From Desulfuromonadales bacterium (GTDB taxonomy: Bacteria; Desulfobacterota; Desulfuromonadia; Desulfuromonadales; SZUA-540), in NCBI GenBank assembly GCA_033549025.1, contig JAWSUS010000018.1:1-64000 (forward strand): 64,000 nucleotides of DNA. The letters run 5' to 3'. The notes under the pieces were generated by a model. The model was given only the letters and a program-made list of their open reading frames with translations, had not been told where the DNA came from and did not search any database. Shown piece by piece: positions 8,553 through 17,206 of the stretch. Each line of letters begins with the position of its first letter. Position 1 is the first letter of the stretch. The translations under genes were made by a program, and so were the position numbers.

Positions 8553-9197
8553 TCAGGGGATAATGCCGAGGATCTTATGAATCTGCAAAAGGTCGGAGGT
8601 GTCCCGCACCAAAAGAACGCTGCTGCCCAAAGCCCGGGGGGCTTTGAGATCGACAGATTGGCGGTCGCCCACGAAAAGGAAGCTGTCGGGAGTGCCGCCG
8701 ATATCGGCGATCACCTTTTGCAGGGCGGTGGCATCCGGCTTGGGCGTTCCGCAGAACTCGATGGTATAAAGGCGGGAAAAGAGATCTTCCACCCCCAGCA
8801 GCGCCAGAATCTTCCGGGTCAAGGGCAAATTATTGTTGGTATAGATATAGAGGTCGCACTGGTCGCGAAGTGAATCGAGCAGGGCAAAGAGGATGGGATC
8901 ATTCTCCAGGTAGCGTTCAGGGTGGACGTGTTGCTGAAAAGCCCGGTGCAGATCGGCGACATCGATCCCCAACTCCAGGCAGGTCCTTGTCAGCGTCGGT
9001 TCCTCTTCCAGATTCTCCGCCAAACGTTTTTTGGCGGAACGCAGCAGGTTGCGTCCCTGGGCCGGAGTCAAGCCTCTGGTTTGCGCCACCAGGTTTTCCG
9101 CGGCAACGGTAACCTCCCGGGCTATTTTTTCACTCGTGTAGAGCGTCCCGTCCAGATCAAAGACGACATTATGGATTTTGGCGGCGCGAAACATCAA
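8553..9197 (-). CDS. HAD-superfamily hydrolase
   Basis: FDLDGTLY motif I, TNN, KP, FVGDR motif IV. Confidence 0.88.
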   Translation of the reverse strand: MMFRAAKIHNVVFDLDGTLYTSEKIAREVTVAAENLVAQTRGLTPAQGRNLLRSAKKRLAENLEEEPTLTRTCLELGIDVADLHRAFQQHVHPERYLENDPILFALLDSLRDQCDLYIYTNNNLPLTRKILALLGVEDLFSRLYTIEFCGTPKPDATALQKVIADIGGTPDSFLFVGDRQSVDLKAPRALGSSVLLVRDTSDLLQIHKILGIIP

Positions 9198-9337
9198 ATG
9201 TGCAAAGGCTCCCAGTGAGCGGACAAAGGGCCTGTCCGGCGGGCGGCAACGACCCGCTGTGATCTTTTATTGCCAAACAAACTTTCTCATTTTACCAAAG
9301 GTCTGCAGGGAGTCAAAACTGTCAGCAAGGCAAGACT

Positions 9338-10066
9338 TCAGGATCGGCACCACCGGCCTTTGGCCAAATGCTGGATGATTTTATGGGGGTCGTTGGTGAA
9401 GACCCCTTGAATACCCTGCCGCCGCAGGGCATCGAGTTGTTCCAGATCATCGACGGTCCAGGGAACGATATCCACCCCCTGTCGCCTGCAGGCCGTGACC
9501 ATGGCCCGCGAAACGCGGTCGACGCGCGGATGAAAGCTGATGGCCTGGTGGCGAACGGCCCGCCTCAGAGCCAGGTGCCAGAGAGGGACCTCTACCAGAT
9601 ACCCGAGCGCCAGCTCCGGAGCCAGACCATGGATTCTCGCCAGAAGACGGTGATTAAAAGATGACAGCAGCACGCGGACATGGGGATGCCGTTTCAGCAG
9701 GTCCAGAACGGCCAGACCGGCATCCGCTGCCTTGATTTCAATATTGAGACGCAGGCGTCCTTCAGCCCAAGCCATGACCTCGTCTAGAGAGGGAACTCTC
9801 TCCCCCCGGAAGACAGGATCGAACCAGCTTCCTGCCTCCAGAGCACGAATTTCCCGATATGTCCGGCGATTGACAGGTCCCTGCCCGCTGGTAGTCCGCT
9901 CGAGGGTTTCGTCATGAATCACCACCGCCACCCCGTCCCGGCTCAGATGCACATCCAGTTCGATACCGGAAGCGCCGGCTGCTTCGGCAGCCAGAAAAGC
10001 CGCCATGGTGTTCTCGGGAGCCTGGCTGGAAGCCCCCCGGTGAGCCCATACGAGAAAGTCAGACAA
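9338..10066 (-). CDS. Glycerophosphodiester phosphodiesterase
   Basis: AHRGAS...PENT, IELDV, IHDETLERT, NIEIK. Confidence 0.9.
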   Translation of the reverse strand: MSDFLVWAHRGASSQAPENTMAAFLAAEAAGASGIELDVHLSRDGVAVVIHDETLERTTSGQGPVNRRTYREIRALEAGSWFDPVFRGERVPSLDEVMAWAEGRLRLNIEIKAADAGLAVLDLLKRHPHVRVLLSSFNHRLLARIHGLAPELALGYLVEVPLWHLALRRAVRHQAISFHPRVDRVSRAMVTACRRQGVDIVPWTVDDLEQLDALRRQGIQGVFTNDPHKIIQHLAKGRWCRS

Positions 10067-10239
10067 AATGCCCCCTATTCATCCCCAGCGGAGTCCGCTT
10101 CGGGAACGAGAAAAATCCAACCGGCCAATGGTGGCCACACCAAAGTCCTCCACCATTCAAACTGTACAGCAAAACTTGTCATTATCCAAAAAACATGCAA
10201 TTATGCGGCGCAAAAAAACCCATACAAAAAGGAATTTCC

Positions 10240-11193
10240 ATGGATAGAAATCTCGCTCTTGAACTGGTCAGGGTAACCGAAGCCGCCGCCCTGTCCTGTG
10301 GACGCTGGGTCGGCAAGGGAGACAAAATGGCTGCCGACGATGCCGCCACCAACGCCATGCGGCGCACCCTGGAATCCATCAACATCAGCGGGACCGTAGT
10401 CATCGGCGAAGGGGAAATGGATGAAGCCCCCATGCTCTATATTGGTGAAAAAGTGGGGAACGGTGAAGCCCCCGAGGTTGATATCGCCGTCGACCCCCTA
10501 GAAGGGACCAACATCTGCGCCAAGGGGATGAACGGCTCCATCACGACCATTGCAATAGCTCCTCGCGGAGGGTTTCTCCACGCGCCCGACATGTACATGG
10601 AAAAAATCGCCACAGGCCCCGCCGCTCGGGACGCCATCGACATCAATTTGTCACCCACCGAAAATCTCAAGCGGGTCGCGGCGGCAAAAAAATGTTACGT
10701 TGAAGACCTGACCGTCGTCGTGCTGGATCGTCCCCACCACGAGAAGATGGTGGAGGAGATTCGCAAAGCCGGCGCCCGTATCCACCTCATCTCCGACGGG
10801 GATGTGGCACCGGCCATAGCCGCCGCCGTCGACGGCAGTGGCGTCGACCTCATGATGGGGATTGGCGGCGCTCCCGAAGGCGTGCTGGCCGCCGCCGCCC
10901 TCAAATGCATGGGAGGAGGCATGCAGGGACGCCTGATCTTTATGAGCAAAGAAGAGAGGGATCGCGCTCTTAAAATGGGCATTGACGATTTTGACCAGGT
11001 CTATCTGGCGGAAGATATGGCCAAAGGCGACGTCTTTTTCGCCGCCACCGGCGTCACCAGCGGCGACCTTCTTGACGGCGTCCGCTACTTTTCCGGCGGC
11101 GCCGAAACACACTCCATCGTCATGCGCTCCCGCAGCCGAACCGTCCGCTTCATCAAGTCTCAGCATTATTTCGACTATAAGCCGACCTATTGA
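10240..11193 (+). CDS. glpX: Class II fructose-1,6-bisphosphatase
   Basis: ELVRVTEAAA, VIGEGEMDEAPML, DPLEGT, GGAPEGV, FAATGVT. Confidence 0.95.
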   Translation: MDRNLALELVRVTEAAALSCGRWVGKGDKMAADDAATNAMRRTLESINISGTVVIGEGEMDEAPMLYIGEKVGNGEAPEVDIAVDPLEGTNICAKGMNGSITTIAIAPRGGFLHAPDMYMEKIATGPAARDAIDINLSPTENLKRVAAAKKCYVEDLTVVVLDRPHHEKMVEEIRKAGARIHLISDGDVAPAIAAAVDGSGVDLMMGIGGAPEGVLAAAALKCMGGGMQGRLIFMSKEERDRALKMGIDDFDQVYLAEDMAKGDVFFAATGVTSGDLLDGVRYFSGGAETHSIVMRSRSRTVRFIKSQHYFDYKPTY

Positions 11194-11303
11194 AAGGGCG
11201 CAGATCCGCTGATTGAGGGCACGATTTAATCCTTGTAAACACCGTCGCAGCTTGCTAGTATTTCGACGTTATTCTAGCCACATACCAAACTTGAGGAATA
11301 GAC

Positions 11304-12131
11304 ATGGCAATCATTACCATCTCCCGCGAAATGGGAAGCGCCGGCATTCCCATCGCCCACATGCTGGCAGAAAAACTGGGCTACACCTTGCTTGACGGCG
11401 AAACGATCAAAGAAGCCGCCATGAATTACGGCGTCAGCCCCGACGCCCTCGAAAATGCCGACGAAAAGCCGCCGGCTTTCATCGAAAAGCTTGATGAAAA
11501 GGCCGAACTGGATCTTCACTATATCGAACTGATCATCCTCGAATACGCCCTTAAGGGCAATGTCATCATCTACGGCCGAGGCGGCCAGGATCTCCTGCAG
11601 GATATCAAGAGCATCCTGCGGGTTCGTGTCATCGCCCCCTTCGAGGAGCGCGTCGAGCGCTGGGCCGAAAGGGAATGGCTCGACCCGGACCTCGCCCGCA
11701 TCATGGTGCGTCGCAGCGATCAACAGCGGGCCGGCTTCATCAAATACTACTTCGACCGCGACTGGGAAGATCCGCTGGGCTACGACCTGGTCATCAACAC
11801 CTCTAAAATCACTGAAGAAACGGCGGTCAAGGTGATCTGTGACGGCGTCAAGGACCAAAACCTCGTCGACCTCAAGCAGAACTGCAAAAAGAAATTGACC
11901 AATCTCATCCTGCGGAAAAAGGCGGAAATCGCAATTCTGACCCAGGACGGAGTCGATGGCCACCATGTCGAAATCACCGGCGAAGACGGCAAAATCATTC
12001 TCTCCGGGCATGTGCACAGCGACAAGGAAAAAAAGCTTTCCGTCGCCGCTGTGCAGAAAATTGACGGCGTCAAGGAAGTGATCAACAAGCTTCGGGTCAT
12101 CGAGTACCGAAACTACCCGAAAGAGCACTGA
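11304..12131 (+). CDS. Cytidylate-kinase-like family protein with C-terminal BON domain
   Basis: IITISREMGS, VIIYGRGG, YDLVINT; C-terminal ILSGHV...VQKIDGVKEVINKL typical of BON. Confidence 0.8.
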   Translation: MAIITISREMGSAGIPIAHMLAEKLGYTLLDGETIKEAAMNYGVSPDALENADEKPPAFIEKLDEKAELDLHYIELIILEYALKGNVIIYGRGGQDLLQDIKSILRVRVIAPFEERVERWAEREWLDPDLARIMVRRSDQQRAGFIKYYFDRDWEDPLGYDLVINTSKITEETAVKVICDGVKDQNLVDLKQNCKKKLTNLILRKKAEIAILTQDGVDGHHVEITGEDGKIILSGHVHSDKEKKLSVAAVQKIDGVKEVINKLRVIEYRNYPKEH

Positions 12132-12154
12132 GTTTTTCAGTGTTACTCGCAGGC

Positions 12155-12183
12155 AAAAGCCGGTCTTTCACGACCGGCTTTTT
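12155..12183. terminator. Intrinsic terminator
   Basis: AAAAGCCGGTC-TTTCAC-GACCGGCTTTTT. Confidence 0.75.
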
Positions 12184-12311
12184 GCGTCAAAGAACTCGCG
12201 GCCAACCCGGCAAATTTACGTCACAAACTTGTATGCATGGCTTTTTTCGTGCTAATATCAGGCGATTAGTCAAAAAGGCTGCACCGAATACACTGAAGGA
12301 GAACGCGACAG

Positions 12312-13058
12312 ATGGCTGGACACAGTAAATGGGCTAACATCAAACACCGCAAAGGCGCCCAGGACGCCAAACGCGGCAAGGTTTTCACCAAACTGATCAA
12401 GGAAATCACGGTAGCCGCCAAAATTGGCGGTGGCGACATAGAAGGCAATCCCCGCCTCCGTACGGCCATCGACAAGGCCAAAAGCGAGAACATGCCGAAG
12501 GATACCATCGAACGGGCCATTAAAAAGGGAACGGGCGACATGGACGGCGTGAATTACGAAGAAGGGACCTTCGAAGGCTACGGGCCTGGCGGGGTCGCCG
12601 TCATCGTCGAGTTCATGACCGACAACCGCACCCGCACCGTTGCCGACGTGCGCCACATCTTCAACAAGCACAACGGTAGTCTGGGCGTCAGCGGCTCCGT
12701 GTCCTACCTGTTCGACCGCAAGGGATTGATCTCCTTTCCGACGGAGAACGACTTCGACACCATCTTCGAAGCCGCCCTGGAAGCCGGGGCCGAAGACGTC
12801 AAGGACGAAGGGGATTCCTACGAAGTCATCACCGACCCATCCAACTTCATCGAAGTGCGCGAGGCCATCGCCGAGAAGGGTCTGAAGTGGGAAACGGCCG
12901 AAATCACCATGATTCCCCAGACCATGGTTCAGGTGGAAGGCAAGCAGGCCGAACAGATGCTCAAGATGATGGACAAACTCGAAGACAACGACGACGTCCA
13001 GAACGTCTACGCCAACTTCGACATTTCAGATGAGGATTACGCCAGCCTTATGGGATAA
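12312..13058 (+). CDS. yebC: YebC/PmpR family protein
   Basis: [28 protein letters not shown]; upstream of ruvCAB. Confidence 0.95.
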   Translation: MAGHSKWANIKHRKGAQDAKRGKVFTKLIKEITVAAKIGGGDIEGNPRLRTAIDKAKSENMPKDTIERAIKKGTGDMDGVNYEEGTFEGYGPGGVAVIVEFMTDNRTRTVADVRHIFNKHNGSLGVSGSVSYLFDRKGLISFPTENDFDTIFEAALEAGAEDVKDEGDSYEVITDPSNFIEVREAIAEKGLKWETAEITMIPQTMVQVEGKQAEQMLKMMDKLEDNDDVQNVYANFDISDEDYASLMG

Positions 13059-13063
13059 AACGT

Positions 13064-13088
13064 GAAGGGGCGTAAAGCCCCTTCTTTA
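13064..13088 (+). terminator. Hairpin/weak terminator between yebC and ruvC
   Basis: GAAGGGGC-GTAAA-GCCCCTTC-TTT. Confidence 0.5.
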
Positions 13089-13107
13089 TCTTCCACCGGG
13101 ATTAAAC

Positions 13108-13605
13108 ATGCGCATACTCGGAATCGATCCCGGCAGCCGGGTGACCGGCTACGGCGTCATCGAAAAGCAGGGGAACCGGCTGATTCATATTGATAACGGC
13201 GCCATCTATACCGATAGCAAAGACAGTCTTGCCCATCGGCTGCAGACCATTCATGAAGGCCTGGTTCGCATTATCGGGCAATACAATCCAGAGGCCATGG
13301 CCGTCGAGGAAATTTTCCTCGCCAAAAACGCCCTGTCCGCCCTCAAACTCGGCCATGCCAGGGGAGTGGCCCTGCTGGCTGGGACACGGCACCAGCTTCC
13401 CGTTTTCGAATACACGGCCCTGCAGGTGAAAAGCGCCGTGGTCGGTTACGGCCGCGCTGCCAAGCCCCAGGTTCAGCACATGGTGCGTGTCCTCATGAAA
13501 CTGCCGGAGATCGCCCAGGAAGACGCTTCCGACGCCCTCGCCGTCGCCATCTGTCATGCCCACAGCCACCAACTGACCGCCAAGCTGCAGAAGAGTCCGC
13601 GCTAA
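13108..13605 (+). CDS. ruvC: Holliday junction resolvase
   Basis: [26 protein letters not shown]. Confidence 0.96.
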   Translation: MRILGIDPGSRVTGYGVIEKQGNRLIHIDNGAIYTDSKDSLAHRLQTIHEGLVRIIGQYNPEAMAVEEIFLAKNALSALKLGHARGVALLAGTRHQLPVFEYTALQVKSAVVGYGRAAKPQVQHMVRVLMKLPEIAQEDASDALAVAICHAHSHQLTAKLQKSPR

Positions 13606-13650
13606 CACTCAGCCAGATCGCCCTCGGCTGCCGATTGAAGGGTTCCGGCC

Positions 13651-14250
13651 ATGATCGCTCTACTGACGGGAAACATCGTCTTCAAGTCCATAGACCACAT
13701 TATCCTGGAAACGGGCGGCGTCGGCTACCGCGTCATGATCCCCCTCTCCACCTTCTACAGCCTGCCGGAGCAAGGCGACAGCCGCCTGCATATTTATACC
13801 CATGTCAAAGAAGATGCCATCCACCTGTATGGCTTTCTCAGACTGGATGAAAAGGAGATGTTCCAGCTGTTGCTGAGCGTCTCGGGGATCGGACCGCGCC
13901 TGGCGCTGAATATTCTGTCCAATATCACGACAGAGGAGCTGAAGTCCTCCCTTTACGACGGCAACCTCAAAAGGTTGTCCGGCATACCGGGGATTGGCAA
14001 AAAGACGGCTGAACGCATGGTGCTCGAACTAAAAGACAAAGTCGCCAAAATGGCGCCCAGCGGACAGTCTACCGCCGCCCGTCCTGCGGCAGCACCGGCA
14101 CAGAATATCGTTGACGACACCTTGTCGGCCTTGACCAACCTCGGCTACAAAGAGGCTCAGGCGCGCAAGGCATTGGAATCCATGGAGATTCCAACCGAAG
14201 CCAGCCTTGAGGACCTTCTCAAGGGGGCGTTAAAAATACTGCTGAAATAG
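13651..14250 (+). CDS. ruvA: Holliday junction branch migration protein
   Basis: GVGY, LYGF, VSGIGP, IPGIGKKTAER, ALTNLGY. Confidence 0.96.
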   Translation: MIALLTGNIVFKSIDHIILETGGVGYRVMIPLSTFYSLPEQGDSRLHIYTHVKEDAIHLYGFLRLDEKEMFQLLLSVSGIGPRLALNILSNITTEELKSSLYDGNLKRLSGIPGIGKKTAERMVLELKDKVAKMAPSGQSTAARPAAAPAQNIVDDTLSALTNLGYKEAQARKALESMEIPTEASLEDLLKGALKILLK

Positions 14251-14287
14251 CCTGTAGCCGCCACCTCCGAGGGAGCACCCTTTTGGC

Positions 14288-15313
14288 ATGACTGAAAGAA
14301 TCATCACCCCCGACCTGGCCGAAGACGACCAGAACTTCGAAAGCAGCCTGAGGCCGCGATCGCTGCGCGAATATATCGGCCAGACCAAGGCCAAGGAAAA
14401 TCTCCAGATTTTCATCGACGCTGCCCGCCGCCGTGGTGAGTCTCTCGACCATGTTCTTTTCTTCGGGCCGCCGGGTCTGGGCAAAACAACCCTGGCCAAT
14501 ATTATCGCCAACGAAATGGGGGTCAGCTTAAAAAGCACCTCCGGTCCCGTCATTGAAAAATCTGGGGATCTCGCCGCGATTCTGACCAATCTCGAGGCCG
14601 GGGATGTCCTGTTCATCGACGAAATCCACCGCCTGTCTCCTGTTGTTGAAGAAGTCCTTTATCCCGCCATGGAAGACTACCAGCTCGACATTATCATCGG
14701 CCAGGGACCTTCAGCCCGAACCATCAAACTCGACCTGCCCCGCTTTACCCTGGTCGGCGCCACGACCCGCGCCGGGCTGTTGTCCTCCCCGCTGCGGGAT
14801 CGCTTCGGGGTCATTTCACGGCTTGAGTTCTATTCGGACGAGGAATTGGCCACGATCGTCGAACGCAGTGCGGAAATCCTCCACATCCCCACAGAGAAGG
14901 ATGGAGCCCTCGAAATTGCTAGACGCAGTCGAGGAACGCCCCGCATCGCCAACCGTCTGCTGCGCCGAGTCAGGGATTTTGCCCAGGTCAAGGGGGATGG
15001 CGTCATCACGCGAGACATTGCCGATTCGGCTCTCGGCCGACTGGAGGTCGACCGCCTGGGGTTCGATCACATGGACCGTCGCATTCTGCTGACCATTATC
15101 GACAAGTTTGCCGGGGGACCGGTAGGGCTGGAGACTCTCGCCGCCATTGTGGGTGAAGAGAAGGATACCATCGAGGATGTCATTGAGCCCTTTCTACTTC
15201 AGCAGGGATATTTGAACCGGACGCCGCGAGGCCGCATGGCCACACCGCTCGCCTATCGGCATTTCCAGCGCCTCCCCGGGGGCAAGGATACCCATGGCGA
15301 TCTTTTCGGCTGA
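14288..15313 (+). CDS. ruvB: Holliday junction DNA helicase
   Basis: [34 protein letters not shown]. Confidence 0.97.
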   Translation: MTERIITPDLAEDDQNFESSLRPRSLREYIGQTKAKENLQIFIDAARRRGESLDHVLFFGPPGLGKTTLANIIANEMGVSLKSTSGPVIEKSGDLAAILTNLEAGDVLFIDEIHRLSPVVEEVLYPAMEDYQLDIIIGQGPSARTIKLDLPRFTLVGATTRAGLLSSPLRDRFGVISRLEFYSDEELATIVERSAEILHIPTEKDGALEIARRSRGTPRIANRLLRRVRDFAQVKGDGVITRDIADSALGRLEVDRLGFDHMDRRILLTIIDKFAGGPVGLETLAAIVGEEKDTIEDVIEPFLLQQGYLNRTPRGRMATPLAYRHFQRLPGGKDTHGDLFG

Positions 15314-15357
15314 GGCCTTGGGAACACTTCCCCGAGCCCAAGCAAGCGATTCCTGAC

Positions 15358-16686
15358 ATGAAACCGATCCGCATGACCGTAACCAAAAGGGTGGCCTCAG
15401 GCTATCTCCTCGTCGTCATTTTCACCCTGACAGCCATTATCTACGCCCTGGCCAGCCTCCACACCCAAACCACCCGCTCAGAAAAACTGGTTTCCGTCGA
15501 CTTCAACGCCCTCAACCTGTCCCGCTCCCTGCGCCAGAATCTGCTGACCCAGGACCGCCTTGAAAAACAGCTGCTGATCCTAAAAGATGATGAAATTCAA
15601 GCCCTCTTGAGCTTTCGGCAACAGGAGGCGGACGCGCTCTGGGAAGACCTGGCCGCCCTGCCCCATGCACTGAATCTGGCCGCCACTTCGGAGGCAATGG
15701 CTCAATACCAGAAAGAACGGCTTCAAGGCAATAACCTCCTCGAGGCTGAAGCCTGGCGAGATGCGGCACGCTTTTCGAGCCACACCCTGGCCCCGTTGCG
15801 CTCCAGCCTACTGGATCAATTCGACACGCTTATCGACCAGCAGGAAAACGCCATCGACAACTCTCTGAGCGCTTTTTCCGAAGACAGCTCCCGAGCCTAT
15901 CAAGTCGCTGTCATCCTGACCTTTCTAGGGCTTTTTCTGTCAGCGCCCGTGGCCCTGACGGTTATTTTCAGCATCCATCGTTCCATCAAAAAACTGGTCC
16001 AGGCGACCCAGGCGGTAGCCGCCGGCAGCTTTGACCACCAACCGGACATTCACGCCAAGGATGAATTCGGCGACCTCGCCCGTGAGTTCGCCGCCATGGC
16101 GGGCAAGTTACGGGAACTGGAGCAGGTGCAGCTCGACGCTAATCCCCTGACCCATCTGCCGGGAGGATTGAGCATTGAGCGGGAACTGGAGAACCGCATC
16201 CGCCAGGGGAAGAGCTTTGCCCACCTCTACCTGGACCTGGATCATTTCAAACCCTTTGGAGACCGTTATGGCTATAAAACGGGCAGCGATGTCATTACCT
16301 TTGTTGGGGACATCATCAATGATATCGTGCAGCAGGAGGGCACCCCGGAAGACCTGGTCGGCCACATCGGCGGGGACGACTATGTGGTAATTACCGAACC
16401 GGAACGGGCTGAGACCATTGCAAAAAAGATCATTGAACGCTTTGACCGGGAAGTTCCTGAGTTCTACACGGAGGAAGACCGGCGCAATGGCTTTTTCTTC
16501 GGCAAGGATCGTTTTGGCGTAGAACGGCAGTTCCCCATTTTGACCCTGTCCATTGGCATCATCTGCAGCAACAACCTCGACTCGCCATCTTCCTTGGCTA
16601 TCAGCCGGGAGTGCGCTAATATCAAGGAACATTTGAAAAAAATGCCCGGAAGCAATTACCTGATCAACCGAAGACGGAATCTGTAA
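15358..16686 (+). CDS. Membrane GGDEF-domain nucleotide cyclase (2 TM, periplasmic sensor, HAMP, GGDDY)
   Basis: Two TM helices, HAMP (KDEFGDLAREF), DANPLTHLP, LDLDHFK, GHIGGDDY. Confidence 0.88.
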   Translation: MKPIRMTVTKRVASGYLLVVIFTLTAIIYALASLHTQTTRSEKLVSVDFNALNLSRSLRQNLLTQDRLEKQLLILKDDEIQALLSFRQQEADALWEDLAALPHALNLAATSEAMAQYQKERLQGNNLLEAEAWRDAARFSSHTLAPLRSSLLDQFDTLIDQQENAIDNSLSAFSEDSSRAYQVAVILTFLGLFLSAPVALTVIFSIHRSIKKLVQATQAVAAGSFDHQPDIHAKDEFGDLAREFAAMAGKLRELEQVQLDANPLTHLPGGLSIERELENRIRQGKSFAHLYLDLDHFKPFGDRYGYKTGSDVITFVGDIINDIVQQEGTPEDLVGHIGGDDYVVITEPERAETIAKKIIERFDREVPEFYTEEDRRNGFFFGKDRFGVERQFPILTLSIGIICSNNLDSPSSLAISRECANIKEHLKKMPGSNYLINRRRNL

Positions 16687-16688
16687 TT

Positions 16689-17087
16689 ATGCGCTATCTC
16701 ATCCTGTTCCTGTTTGGACTGATCCTCAGCGGTTGCCAGCATGGCCGCCTTCTTAACCCGTCTGAATTTCAAGCCCGTGACGTCTTCCTGCAAGGCCTCG
16801 AAACCTGGAGCGACTCCGGCTCCACGGAGGCATGGGCACCTCTGCAGCGAGACTACCCCGAGAGTCCCTGGACCGCCCGCGCTCAACATCTCGACGAACT
16901 GAGGACTTCGGTCCAGAAACAGGAAGAGTCCATAGCCGAGCTTGAATCCCAAAACAAAAAACTGACGACGACGGCTGAGCGCTGCAAGCAGGAGAACAAA
17001 AAGCTGCAGCAGGACACCGCCCAACTGAAGGAAGATATCGCACAGCTCAAGCAACTGCTGGTTGATTATGAGTTAAGAGCCAAATGA
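16689..17087 (+). CDS. Putative lipoprotein with coiled coil
   Basis: Lipobox LSGC, YPESPW TPR-like motif, heptad-rich C-terminus. Confidence 0.75.
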   Translation: MRYLILFLFGLILSGCQHGRLLNPSEFQARDVFLQGLETWSDSGSTEAWAPLQRDYPESPWTARAQHLDELRTSVQKQEESIAELESQNKKLTTTAERCKQENKKLQQDTAQLKEDIAQLKQLLVDYELRAK

Positions 17088-17206
17088 TGCCTGACGAGGC
17101 ATGTGACCGGCGACCTACCCTGCCCTTACGGTTTTCACCCTTGCCTTGATGGCGAACTCGTTAAAATCCGTACTTTCTACCGACCACCCTGTTTAGGCCA
17201 CCCCCT

